Below, one piece after another: positions 50,537 to 64,000 of a stretch of DNA of 64,000 nt. Numbering within the stretch: the stretch's first letter is position 1; the number at the start of each line of letters is the position of its first letter. Source of the stretch: Candidatus Eiseniibacteriota bacterium (lineage in GTDB: Bacteria > Eisenbacteria > RBG-16-71-46); contig CAVQXP010000004.1 of the NCBI GenBank assembly GCA_963717935.1, forward strand, positions 1,952,001 to 2,016,000. Reading direction: 5' to 3'. The notes below the pieces were generated by a model. The model was not told the DNA's origin, searched no databases, and saw only the letters and a program-made list of their open reading frames with translations. The translations under genes and the position numbers were made by a program.

Positions 50537-51104
50537 GCGGGTGCACGGGATCGTGTGAGGTGCAGGCGTGGATCCGGCTGCGAGCCGACGACCCTGCCGT
50601 GGTGTCCGCGCTGACGGTCGCGCGCGGCTCGCTCGCTGCGGGGCGGGGGCTGGAGTCCGTGCGGCGCTTCCGGCTCTTCGAGTTGCGCGGGAAGCTGCCG
50701 TCGCGTGCCGAGGTGGAGGATCTGCTCCACCGCTCGAGTCAGTTCTACAACCCGCACAAGGAGGAGTGTGTCGTGCGCTGGGGCTCCGCCGAGTCCGCGC
50801 CGGTGGAGTCCGACGAGCGGGCCGTGCTGGTGTTCGACCGTGGCGGCGAGCGCCGCGTGGCCGCGGAGCGCTGGTGGGTCCACGTGACGGGCGAGCCCAT
50901 CGAGGTGCGCGAGGGCGTGGTCTGGGCGCTGCGTTTCGCGCCTGGCGTGGACGCGGCCGCGGCGGCCGCGGACCTGGCGGTGCTGCGCGGGCGGGCCCAC
51001 GGGCTGCTCTGCAATCCCCATGCGCAGGAGCATCGGCTCTCGGGTGCGGAGGTGGCGTTGCCGTGGCTCACGCGGTACCCGGCGCGGGACTGCGGGAGGG
51101 CGTC

Positions 51105-51108
<4 letters not shown>
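50533..51108 (+). CDS. Tandem PurS-like protein (two PurS-like halves)
   Basis: Lies between purQ and purF; DP near the N-terminus; two NP motifs (FYNPHKEE, LLCNPHAQE). Confidence 0.6.
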
Positions 51109-52624
<1,516 letters not shown>

Positions 52625-52628
<4 letters not shown>

Positions 52629-52653
52629 CGGCCTGACGGCGGCTCCCTAGAGT
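52625..52653 (+). promoter_or_regulatory. Putative sigma70 promoter upstream of lysS
   Basis: TTGACG-N17-TAGAGT. Confidence 0.6.
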
Positions 52654-52707
52654 CGCCCGGCTTCCCCGTCCGCGCCTGAGCGGCCCAGAATGGCCCCGGA
52701 GAGTCCC

Positions 52708-54246
52708 ATGTCCCTGCACGAGCTGATGCGCCAGCGCGAGGAGAAGCTCGCGCAGTGGCGGGCGCTGGGAGTGGCGCCGTACGCGTACCGGTACGAGCCG
52801 ACGCATCACGCGGCGGAGGTCCTGGCCTGGGGCGAGGCGGTGACCGCCGGAGCCCGGTCCGCGGGTGCGCGTGGCGGGCCGCGATCATGACCCTGCGCGG
52901 GCACGGCAAGGCGGGCTTCGCCCACCTGCTCGACGGCAGCGGACGTCTCCAGCTCTACTTCCGGGCGGACGCTCTGGGGGAGGGCTTCCGGCGCTACGAG
53001 CTGCTGGACGTGGGGGACTGGATCGGCGTGGAGGGTGCGGTCTTCCGCACCCGGACCGGCGAGATCACCGTGAAGGTCGAGACCGTCGAGTTGCTGGCCA
53101 AGTCCATGCGGCCGCTGCCCGAGAAGTGGCACGGGCTGCGGGACCCGGAGACCCGCTTCCGGCAGCGCTACGTGGACCTCTTCATGAACCTGGACGTGCG
53201 CGAGGTCTTCCGCCGCCGCGCGCGTCTGGTCTCGGCGATCCGCGCGTTCCTCGACGGGCAGCGGGTACCTCGAGGTCGAGACCCCGGTGCTCCAACCGCT
53301 CTACGGTGGCGCCTTCGCGCGCCCGTTCGTGACCGAGCACCACGCGCTCGGGATGCAGCTCTACCTGCGCATCTCGGACGAGCTGTACCTGAAGCGCCTG
53401 ATCGTGGGCGGGTTCGAGCGGGTCTACGAGTTCTCGCGCGACTTCCGCAACGAAGGGATGGACCGCTCGCACAACCCCGAGTTCACGCTGCTGGAGTACT
53501 ACCAGGCCTTCGCGGACGTGCACGACATGATGACCCTCACGGAGGGGCTCATCGGGCACGCCGTGCAGGCCGCCACGGGCGGGCTCGAGGTCGGCTGGCA
53601 GGGCCAGAGTCTCGACTTCAGCGGGCCATGGCCGCGGGTTTCCATGCTGGACGAGGTGGGACGCGCGGTGGGCGAGGATGTCTCCGCGCTGGACCCCGCG
53701 CAACTCGGGCGCCTGGCCGCGGCGCGCGGCATCGAGACCCGGCCGGGCACGGGCGCCGGCGGACTCCTGGACGCGCTCTTCAGTGAGTTGGTGCAACCGG
53801 GCCTGATGCGTCCCTGCTTCGTCGTGGACTTTCCGGCCGAGACTTCGCCGCTGGCGCGATCGAGCCGGGTACGCCCGGGCGTGGTCGAGCGCTTCGAGGT
53901 GTACGTCGGTGGCATGGAACTGGCGAACGCGTTCTCGGAGCAGAACGATCCGGCCGCCCAGCGGGCCGCCTTCGAGGCGCAGATGACCCGCCGCGCCGAG
54001 GGTGACGAGGAGGCGCAGATGATGGACCACGACTACGTGCGGGCGCTCGAGTACGGAATGCCGCCCACGGGCGGCGTCGGCATCGGGGTGGACCGCCTCG
54101 CGATGCTGGTCACCGATTCGCGCTCGATCCGCGACGTCATCCTCTTCCCGCAACTCGGGCCGGAGGAGGGGCTGGGCGAGCCGGGCGACGAGCATGAGGA
54201 GCCCGCCCCGCCCGACGGTGCCCCGGAAGAGGCCGGGCCCGGGTGA
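52708..54246 (+). CDS. lysS: Lysine-tRNA ligase class II (frameshifts)
   Basis: GKAGFAHL, PLPEKWHGL, RQRYVDL, EVETPVL, FRNEG...HNPEFT, ELANAFSE, YGMPPTGG.GIGVDRL. Confidence 0.95.
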
Positions 54247-55482
54247 GACTCCCGTTGTGGATCGCGGTGCGCTACCTGCGCACGCGGCGGCAGAGCGGGT
54301 TCATCACCCTGCTCACCGGGATCTCGGTGGGTGGCGTGGCGGTCGGCGTGACGGCGCTGCTCACGGTGCTCGCCGTGATGAACGGCTTCGAGAACGAGGT
54401 GCAGACCCGCATCGCCGGCACCGACGCGCACGTCGTGCTGCTGGGGGAGACGGCCTCGGGCGTGGAGGGGGCGGAGGCGCTGGCGGCCGAGGTGGCCCGC
54501 CAGCCGGGCGTGGAGGGCGTCGCGCCATTCACCTACGCCAAGGCCATGGTGTTCCACGAGGGCCTCACCGAAGGGCTCATCGTGAAGGGCGTGGACCTGC
54601 GGGCGGAGCGCGGGGTGACGAGCGTGGGGCGCAACATCCGGCCGGCCCTCGACTCGATCCCGGTCCTCACCGCGGGCGGGTTCCCCGGCATCGTACTCGG
54701 GAACGAACTCGCGGGGCGGCTCGCCGCGCGGGTCGGCGACCGCGTGGTGCTGGCGATGCTGAGCGGGGGCGGGGCCTCGCCCCTCGGCTTCACGCCGCGC
54801 CTCAAGGAGTTCCGGGTCGTGGGGGTGTTCACCTCGGGGCTGTACACGTACGACTCCAGCCTCGGGTTCACGTCCATCCCGGCGTCGCAGGCGTTCTTCC
54901 AGTTGGGGGACGCCGTCACGGGCATCGAGGTCCGGATCAGCGACATGTTCGCCGCTCCCAGGGTGGCCGGGGAGTTGTTGCGCGCTGTCCACCGCCCGGG
55001 GCTGCGCGCCAACAACTGGATCGAGCTGAACCGGAACCTCTTCACCTGGATGAAGCTCGAGAAGACCGTGATGTTCGTGATCCTGGCCCTGATCGTGCTG
55101 GTGGCGGCGTTCAACATCGTCAGCACGCTCTTCATGGTGGTCATGGAGAAGCGTCGCGACATCGGCGTGCTGCGGTCGCTCGGCGCCCGGCGCGGCACCG
55201 TGCTGCAGGTGTTCCTGGCGGAGGGGCTGCTCATCGGGGGCCTGGGGACGGGGCTGGGCGCGCTGCTGGGGTCGGTGCTGATCGCGGCTGCTCAAGCGCT
55301 ATCCGTTCGTGCGGCTCCCGGGCGACGTCTACTTCATCGAGCGGCTGCCGGTCCGGCCCGAAGCGGGGGACTTCGTCTCCGTGATCGTGGCCGCGCTCGT
55401 CCTGTGCCTGGCCGCCGCCCTGTATCCGGCCTGGCGCGCCTCGCTGCTGGATCCGGTCGAAGCCATCCGGCGGCAGGGTTGA
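54243..55482 (+). CDS. lolE: Lipoprotein-releasing ABC transporter permease LolC/E (frameshift near 55290)
   Basis: AVMNGF, GIVLG, EKTVMF, VAAFNIVSTL, EKRRDIGVLRSLGA; after the shift, VYFIERLP...LYPAWRASLLDPVEAIR. Confidence 0.9.
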
Positions 55483-55490
55483 GGGAGCCC

Positions 55491-56216
55491 ATGAGCGGGG
55501 CCGGTCCGGGCGCGGGAATCGCAGACACTGGCGGCGCTTCCCCGGTCCTGGTCGCCCGCGGCATCGACAAGGCCTACCAGACGGTCCGGGGCAGGCTCGA
55601 GGTCCTCAAGGGGCTGGATCTCGACGTGATGGGTGGCACGATCGTGGCTGTCCTCGGCGCCTCCGGCTCCGGAAAGAGTACTCTGCTGAACATCCTCGGG
55701 ACACTAGACGGGGCGGATGCGGGCATCTTGGAGATTCGTGGGTGGCGGGTGGACCCGCTCCGGGACGATCAGCTCGCGACCTTCCGGGCGCGGCGGCTGG
55801 GCTTCGTCTTCCAGTTCCACCATCTGCTGCCCGAGTTCAGCGCGGAGGAGAACGTGATGCTGCCCCTGCTCATCGCCGGGGAGCACCCCGGGCCGGCTCG
55901 CGAGCGGGCCCAGGCGGCACTGGCCGACGTGGGCCTGGCCGAGCGCTGGGACCATCGCCCGGCGCAGCTCTCGGGTGGCGAGGCGCAGCGCGTGGCCGTC
56001 GCCCGGGCGCTGGTGGCCGGGCCGGAGCTGGTGCTGGCGGACGAGCCCTCGGGCAACCTCGATCAGCGCTCGGCGGCGCAGTTGCACGAACTCATCGCGT
56101 CGCTGGCCCGCGAGCGCCGGCAGACGTTTGTTGTCGTGACGCACAATGATAGGCTCGCCGCGATCGCTGACCGGGTGCTGACGCTCGAAGGCGGGCGGCT
56201 CACAGGGACCTCGTAG
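55491..56216 (+). CDS. lolD: Lipoprotein-releasing ABC transporter ATPase
   Basis: GASGSGKSTLL, GFVFQFHHLLPEF, LSGGEAQRVA, ADEPSGNLD, VVTH. Confidence 0.92.
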   Translation: MSGAGPGAGIADTGGASPVLVARGIDKAYQTVRGRLEVLKGLDLDVMGGTIVAVLGASGSGKSTLLNILGTLDGADAGILEIRGWRVDPLRDDQLATFRARRLGFVFQFHHLLPEFSAEENVMLPLLIAGEHPGPARERAQAALADVGLAERWDHRPAQLSGGEAQRVAVARALVAGPELVLADEPSGNLDQRSAAQLHELIASLARERRQTFVVVTHNDRLAAIADRVLTLEGGRLTGTS

Positions 56217-56226
56217 AGGGACACGG

Positions 56227-56751
56227 ATGCTCTGCCAGATCTGCGGCAAGAACCCCGCCACGGTGCACTTCACGGAGATCCACGACAACAAGATGTCGGA
56301 GATCCACGTGTGCGAGCGCTGCGCCGAGGAGAAGGGCCTGCACGCCACCTCGAAGAAGCAGCAGTTCGACATCGCCGACCTGCTGGTGAAGATGGTGGAC
56401 GATTCGACGGGCACCGAGGAGGAGCGCGTCGGGCACGTGCAGTGCCCGCGCTGCGGACTGCTGTACTCCGGGTTCCGCGAGACCGGGCGGCTGGGCTGCG
56501 CGGATTGCTACACGGCCTTCCAGTTCCAGCTGCGTCCGCTGCTCCGGCGCATCCACGGTGACACGCGCCACCGGGGCAAGCGCCCGGCGGGCGAGGGCGA
56601 GGGCGCGACGCGCTTCCGGCAGATCCAGCGCCTGCACGACGAGCTGCAGCGCGCGGTCGAGCGCGAGGAGTTCGAGCGCGCGGCGGTCCTCCGGGACGAG
56701 ATCCGTCAGCTGGAGCAGGAAACACGCGCGGGCGCGGAGGGCAAGCCATGA
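56227..56751 (+). CDS. mcsA: McsA, protein-arginine kinase activator (CxxC and UVR motifs)
   Basis: MLCQIC, CERCA, CPRCG, GRLGCADCY, IHG..RHRGKRP, EEFERAAVLRDEI. Confidence 0.94.
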   Translation: MLCQICGKNPATVHFTEIHDNKMSEIHVCERCAEEKGLHATSKKQQFDIADLLVKMVDDSTGTEEERVGHVQCPRCGLLYSGFRETGRLGCADCYTAFQFQLRPLLRRIHGDTRHRGKRPAGEGEGATRFRQIQRLHDELQRAVEREEFERAAVLRDEIRQLEQETRAGAEGKP

Positions 56752-57842
56752 GCGAGCCGGACCGCCCGCCCGCCAGCTTCGACGAGCTCGTGGCGCGCCC
56801 GGCGCGCTGGCTCTCGGCCGAGGGCCCGCACGCCGACCTGGTGCTGTCGAGCCGCATCCGGCTCGCACGCAACCTGCGCAGCGTCCCCTTCACGCACCGC
56901 GCCCGCGAGGAGCAGCTCCAGGGGGTGCTGATGAGCGTGTCGAGTGCGGCGCAGCGCGGCCAGGGCTTTGCCGGCAGCCTGCTGCTGCGGATGGCGGACC
57001 TCTCGCCCCTCGAGCGCCAGGTGCTCGTCGAGCGGCACCTGGTCAGCCACGAGCTGGGCGATGGAGCGCGTCCCCGCGGCATCGTCGTCTCGCCCGAGGA
57101 GCGGCTTTCGCTCATGATCAACGAGGAGGACCACCTGCGGCTGCAGGCCATCGCGCCGGGCTTCCAGCTGACCGACGCGTGGGCCTCGGCCGACGGGGCC
57201 GACGAGGAGCTGGACCAGTCGCTGGACTTCGCCTTCTCCGAGGAGATCGGCTACCTGACCGCCTGCCCGACGAACGCCGGGACCGGGCTGCGGGCCTCGG
57301 TGCTCATCCATCTGCCGGCCCTCGTGCTGCTCGACGAGATCCAGCGCGTGCTGAAGAGCATCATGCAGGTGGGCCTCAACGTGCGCGGCCTGTACGGGGA
57401 GCACAGCGAGGTCATGGGCAATCTCTTCCAGATCTCGAACCAGACCACGCTGGGCCGCAGCGAGCGGGACTCGATCGAGATCCTGGAGCGCGTGACGCGG
57501 CAGATCATCGAGACCGAGGAGCAGGCGCGCGAGCGGATGATGCGCGACGCGCGCGTCCAGATCGAGGACAAGGTGTGGCGCGCGTACGGGACACTGCGCC
57601 ATTGCCGGACCATCCACTCGCGCGAGGTCATCAACCTTTGCTCGGCGGTGCGGCTCGGCGTGGCGCTCGAGCTGCCCGGGCTGTGCCCGCTGCACGTGAT
57701 CAACGAGCTGCTGGTGCTGACGCAGCCGGCGCACCTGCAGCGCGCCTACGGGGGCGAGCTCAGCCCCGCCGAACGTAACGTCTACCGCGCCCAGCTCGTG
57801 CGCGAGCGGCTGGCCGCCGCCGAGCCCGGGCGGTCCGCCTAG
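56748..57842 (+). CDS. mcsB: Protein arginine kinase
   Basis: SSRIRLARN, LVERHLVS, INEEDHLR, GYLTACPTNAGTGLRASV, RGLYGE, QISNQTTLG. Confidence 0.95.
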   Translation: MSEPDRPPASFDELVARPARWLSAEGPHADLVLSSRIRLARNLRSVPFTHRAREEQLQGVLMSVSSAAQRGQGFAGSLLLRMADLSPLERQVLVERHLVSHELGDGARPRGIVVSPEERLSLMINEEDHLRLQAIAPGFQLTDAWASADGADEELDQSLDFAFSEEIGYLTACPTNAGTGLRASVLIHLPALVLLDEIQRVLKSIMQVGLNVRGLYGEHSEVMGNLFQISNQTTLGRSERDSIEILERVTRQIIETEEQARERMMRDARVQIEDKVWRAYGTLRHCRTIHSREVINLCSAVRLGVALELPGLCPLHVINELLVLTQPAHLQRAYGGELSPAERNVYRAQLVRERLAAAEPGRSA

Positions 57843-57860
57843 AAGGGGAGTTCCCCGACC

Positions 57861-60353
<2,493 letters not shown>

Positions 60354-62804
60354 CGTTCTTCTCGCACTGGTCTTGCTCGCACTCCTGAGCCCAGGCGCGG
60401 CCCTCGCACAGGGTGCCGCAGGGCAGCAGGGGACCTCCGGGCCGGCGTTCGCGGCGGACGTGGACTCCGTCGCCCCGGCGCCGGACATCGAATACCGCGT
60501 CGGCGCCGTGCGCGTCCGCGGGAACACGCACACCGACAGCGTGCGCATCATCCGCACGTTCGACGTCCTGCCCGGCACCCGCTATGCCGACGACGCGGTG
60601 CGGCGGGGCATCCGCAAGCTCTTCGCCCTGGGGCTCTTCAGCGACGTCGCGGTGGACAAGGTCCCGGCCGGGGACCAGATGGACCTCATCATCGTCGTGG
60701 CGGAACGGCGCCGCATCGCGAAGATCGCGTTCACCGGGAACGAGAAGCGCAAGTCCGAGGACCTCGAGAAGAAGCTCATCCTGCACGTGGGCGAGGTCTA
60801 TTCGCCCGTGGTCGTCCAGAGCCAGGTGGACTCGCTGCTGAAGTACTACCGGGCGGAGGGGTTCTCGCGCGCCACGGTCGAGGCCGCCAGCGACACCGCG
60901 GCGGACGGGGGCCTGGATGTGCGCTTCGCCATCCAGGAGGGGGAGAAGGTGCGCATCGCGAGCATCGAATTCGCGGGCGCGCGGGCCTTCCCGGCCAAGA
61001 GGCTCCGCAAGCAGCTCAAGACGCATGCGAAGGGCTTCTTCGGCGGCGGCGAGGTCAAGGACGAGGAAGCGGCCGAAGACCAGGAGAAGCTCGAGCGCTT
61101 CTACCACGACCACGGCTACCGCGACATGCGCATGGTGGCGCGCGAGCTGAAGGAGACGGCCGACCCGCGCAAGCTCACGCTCCTGGTCACGGTGGAGGAA
61201 GGGCGGCTGTACCGGACAGGCACGGTGCGCTGGTCGGGCAACGAGGTCCTGACGGCGGCCGAGCTGGCCCCGCTCTGGCGGGTGAGACCCGGCGAGCGAT
61301 ACGACGCGTCGAAGATCGAGAAGGTGCAGGGACTGGCGTACGCGGAGTACGCGGAGAAGGGGTACCTCTACGTGGGAGTCGAACCGCAGGAGACGGTGCG
61401 GGACTCGAGCCTCGTGGACGTCACGTTCGCGCTCAGCGAGGGACGGCCCTCGAAGGTCCGGTACGTCAACATCTCCGGCAACAAGATGACCCGCGAGAAG
61501 GTGCTCCGGCGCGAGCTCGAACTGCACGAGGGGGACCGCTTCAAGCGCTCGGCGCTGATGCGCACCCAGGGAGAGCTCTCGCGGCTGGGCCTCTTCGAGG
61601 AGGTGCTGCCGGACTTCGCGCCGGCGGAGAGCACGGACGTGGACATCAACATCAAGGTGAAGGAGAGGCAGGTGGGCACCGCCTCGGCGGGCGCCGGGTA
61701 TACGGGCACGACCGGAGCCACCGGCTTCCTCGAGCTCGGGCACAACAACGTGCTCGGAAACGGGCAGAGCCTGGCGCTCCACCTCGAGCGCGGAAGCCGC
61801 CGCAGCGACTACTCCCTGAGCTTCACGGAGCCGTGGTTCCACGACAGCCCTACCCTGCTGGGCGTGTCGGCCTTCAACATGTCCACGGAGCTCGACCTGT
61901 ACAAGGAGGAGCGGCGCGGGGGCTCGGCCCGGATCGGGCGGCCGCTGCCCTGGCCGGACTACTCGCGCGGCTCGATCGGGTACAGCCTTGAGGACGTGAC
62001 CATCAGCCAGTTCGGCTCGACACTCTCGGGGCAGGACTCGATCGTGCTCGCGGGGATCGCGACGGGGCGGCCGGTGCGCACCAGCAGCGTCCTGCTGGAC
62101 TTCAGCCGGAACTCCACGGACAACGCCTTCTACCCGACACGGGGCACGCGGCTGACCTGGACCAGCGAGCTGGCCGGCGGGCCCTTCCTGGGCGCCGTGA
62201 ATTTCATCAAGAACCGCGTCGAGGGCCGGATCTACCTGCCGTCGTTCGCGAAGCATCTGACGACCATGGTCCGCGCGCGGGTGGGGGTGCTCGGCATCTG
62301 GGGGGGGCAGACCGGGGCGGTACCGCCCTACGAGCGGTTCCGGCTCGGCGGCGGCAGCGTGGCCGACCCGCTGCGCGGCTACGATGATTACATGGTCGTG
62401 CCGGAGAAGTTCATCCAGACGATCAGCACGCGGACGATCTCGGGAATCGACTCGACGACCACCCCGGGTGTTCTCGACACCACGTACAGCACTTACACCA
62501 GCAAGGTCCGCTACCCGGGCGGCCGCTACATGACCCTCTACAGCCTCGAGCAGCAGTTTCCGATTGTCGTGCCGCTGCGCGGTGTGGTCTTCTTCGACGC
62601 GGGCAACACCTGGGATCAGTGGGGGGAGATCCGGCCGTTCAAGCTCAAGCTGAGCGTCGGGCTCGGGTTCCGGATGGAGATTCCCATGCTCGGCAACATC
62701 GGCTTCGACTACGGCTACGGGTTCAACCGCGACGACGGACCGCGCGGGAAGGGGCACTTCCTGCTCGGCAACGTGAGCTTCTGACGAGGGATCCGGGAGA
62801 CGCC

Positions 62805-63368
62805 ATGATCTACCGCGCTTTTCTGCGTTCCGCCGGGGTGCCAGTGGCCGCCGCGCTGGCGCTCCTGGCGTTGAATGCCGCGCCGCTGCGCGCCGAGACC
62901 CGCTTCGGCTACATCGACTCGGGGCGCATCTTCATCGAGTACACGGCGGCCAAGGAGGCGCAGGCCCGCTTCGACCGCCAGGTGGAGGGCTGGCGCGACG
63001 ACGCCGCCGAGAAGGAGAAGCTCGTCAAGCAGCTGCGCGCCGAGGTGCGCGACCAGTCCCCCATCCTGTCGTCGCTGAGACGCCAGGAGAAGGAGGAGGC
63101 GCTGCAGAAGGCCATCAGCGACTACGAGCGCCTCATCCAGGACGTCTGGGGCCCGCAGGGGCAGGCGGCGCAGGAGAACGAGCGCGCGACGAACGAAGTG
63201 GTGCGGCAGATCCGCGCGGCGGTCGAGAAGGTCGCGGGGGAGAAGAGCCTGAATCTGGTCCTCGACGCCGCCAGCGGGTTCATCATCTACGCGGACAACA
63301 CGCTGGACCTGACCGGGGACGTTCTGGCGGAGCTCAACGCCAGGGCGCAGGGCGCGACGGGTCACTAG
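62805..63368 (+). CDS. skp: Skp/OmpH periplasmic chaperone
   Basis: Signal peptide, FGYIDS, coiled coil, LVLD...IYAD..LDLT.DVL; located between bamA and lpxD. Confidence 0.9.
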   Translation: MIYRAFLRSAGVPVAAALALLALNAAPLRAETRFGYIDSGRIFIEYTAAKEAQARFDRQVEGWRDDAAEKEKLVKQLRAEVRDQSPILSSLRRQEKEEALQKAISDYERLIQDVWGPQGQAAQENERATNEVVRQIRAAVEKVAGEKSLNLVLDAASGFIIYADNTLDLTGDVLAELNARAQGATGH

Positions 63369-63381
63369 GGGGAGCGTGATC

Positions 63382-64000
63382 ATGGTCCTCAAGACGCTGG
63401 CGGAGTTGGCCGTCGAGTTGGGCGGTGTCGTGGTGGGGGATGGTGCGGTCGCGATTCGCGGGTGTCGCCGGGATCCGCGAGGCCCTGCCCGGGGACCTGA
63501 CCTTCCTGGCGAACGCGCGTTACGAGTCACACCTGGCGGAGACGCGGGCCTCCGCGGTGATCTGCGACCGGCAGCCCCGCGAATGCGCCATCCCGCGTGC
63601 TGCAGGTGGACAACCCGTACCTGGCCTTCCAGCAGGCGGTGCGCGTGTTCCGCCCCGACCTCTACCGGCCCGCCCCCGGGGTGCACGCGAGCGCCGTGAT
63701 CGCGCCGGACGCGATGCTCGGCGAGGGCGTCTCGATCGGACCGTACTGCGTGGTCGAGTCGGGCGCCCGACTCGGCGCGCACGCGGTCGTGATGGCGGGC
63801 GGGTACATCGGCGGGCGGGCCGAGGTGGGCGAGTCGAGCTTCCTCTACCCGCGCGTCGTGGTCCGCGAGGAATGCGTGATCGGCGCGCGCTGCATCCTCC
63901 ACGCCGGCGTGGTGATCGGCGCCGACGGGTTCGGCTTCGCGTTCGACGCCGGCCGCTACCACAAGGTCCCGCAGGTCGGCAACGTGGTGATCGGCGACGA
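63382..64000 (+). CDS. lpxD: UDP-3-O-acylglucosamine N-acyltransferase (3' partial; frameshifts)
   Basis: TLAELA, DLTFLAN, VDNPYLAF, hexapeptide repeats, VIGADGFGF, KVPQVGNVVIGD. Confidence 0.93.

Noticed and set aside
54243..56216. Apparent 657-aa LolE-LolD fusion in the ORF track
   Set aside because: It arises from a frameshift near 55290. The true LolE C-terminus is in another frame ending at 55482, and lolD has its own SD and ATG at 55491.

Overview
A very GC-rich window from a diderm (LPS-containing) bacterium, almost entirely coded on the + strand. Gene content and order are compatible with an FCB-related candidate lineage such as Ca. Eisenbacteria, but that is inference. It is mostly core genome, in this order: tamB-like gene, peptidase/PD40/Omp85 protein, pcrA/uvrD, gatCAB, purD-purE-tsaC-ywlE-ilvE-rpiB-glyA, a MoxR/DUF58/Bat(VWA) cluster, PAP2, PTS EIIA-like and zinc-ribbon genes, cca, polyprenyl synthase, rsfS, argS, pfkB, HD-GYP, purM, a sigma54 activator, gfo, lnt, asd-ecfT-truA-htrA-purB-purL-purQ-purS-like-purF, lysS-lolE-lolD, mcsA-mcsB-clpC, bamA-skp-lpxD. 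About 13 genes, many of them essential, carry frameshifts that most likely are indel errors in the assembly rather than pseudogenes. No rRNA, tRNA, CRISPR array or mobile element was seen. The best candidate for an undescribed system is at 35170-37484. It has a gene with a LeuA-allosteric-like fold, then a 16-codon ORF below the ORF-track cutoff (MDLILVLLEFFGRAGW) behind a perfect TAAGGAGGTG ribosome-binding site, then a multi-TM HD-GYP phosphodiesterase. This suggests a peptide-controlled cyclic-dinucleotide signalling module. Other notable items: an apparent protein-arginine phosphorylation system (McsA/McsB/ClpC plus YwlE) in a diderm, a tandem double-PurS protein, an EIIA with His-to-Asn at the phospho-site, a sigma54 activator lacking a sensor domain, a sigma54 promoter before an orphan gene ending in LAA, and stop codons that coincide with promoter boxes.
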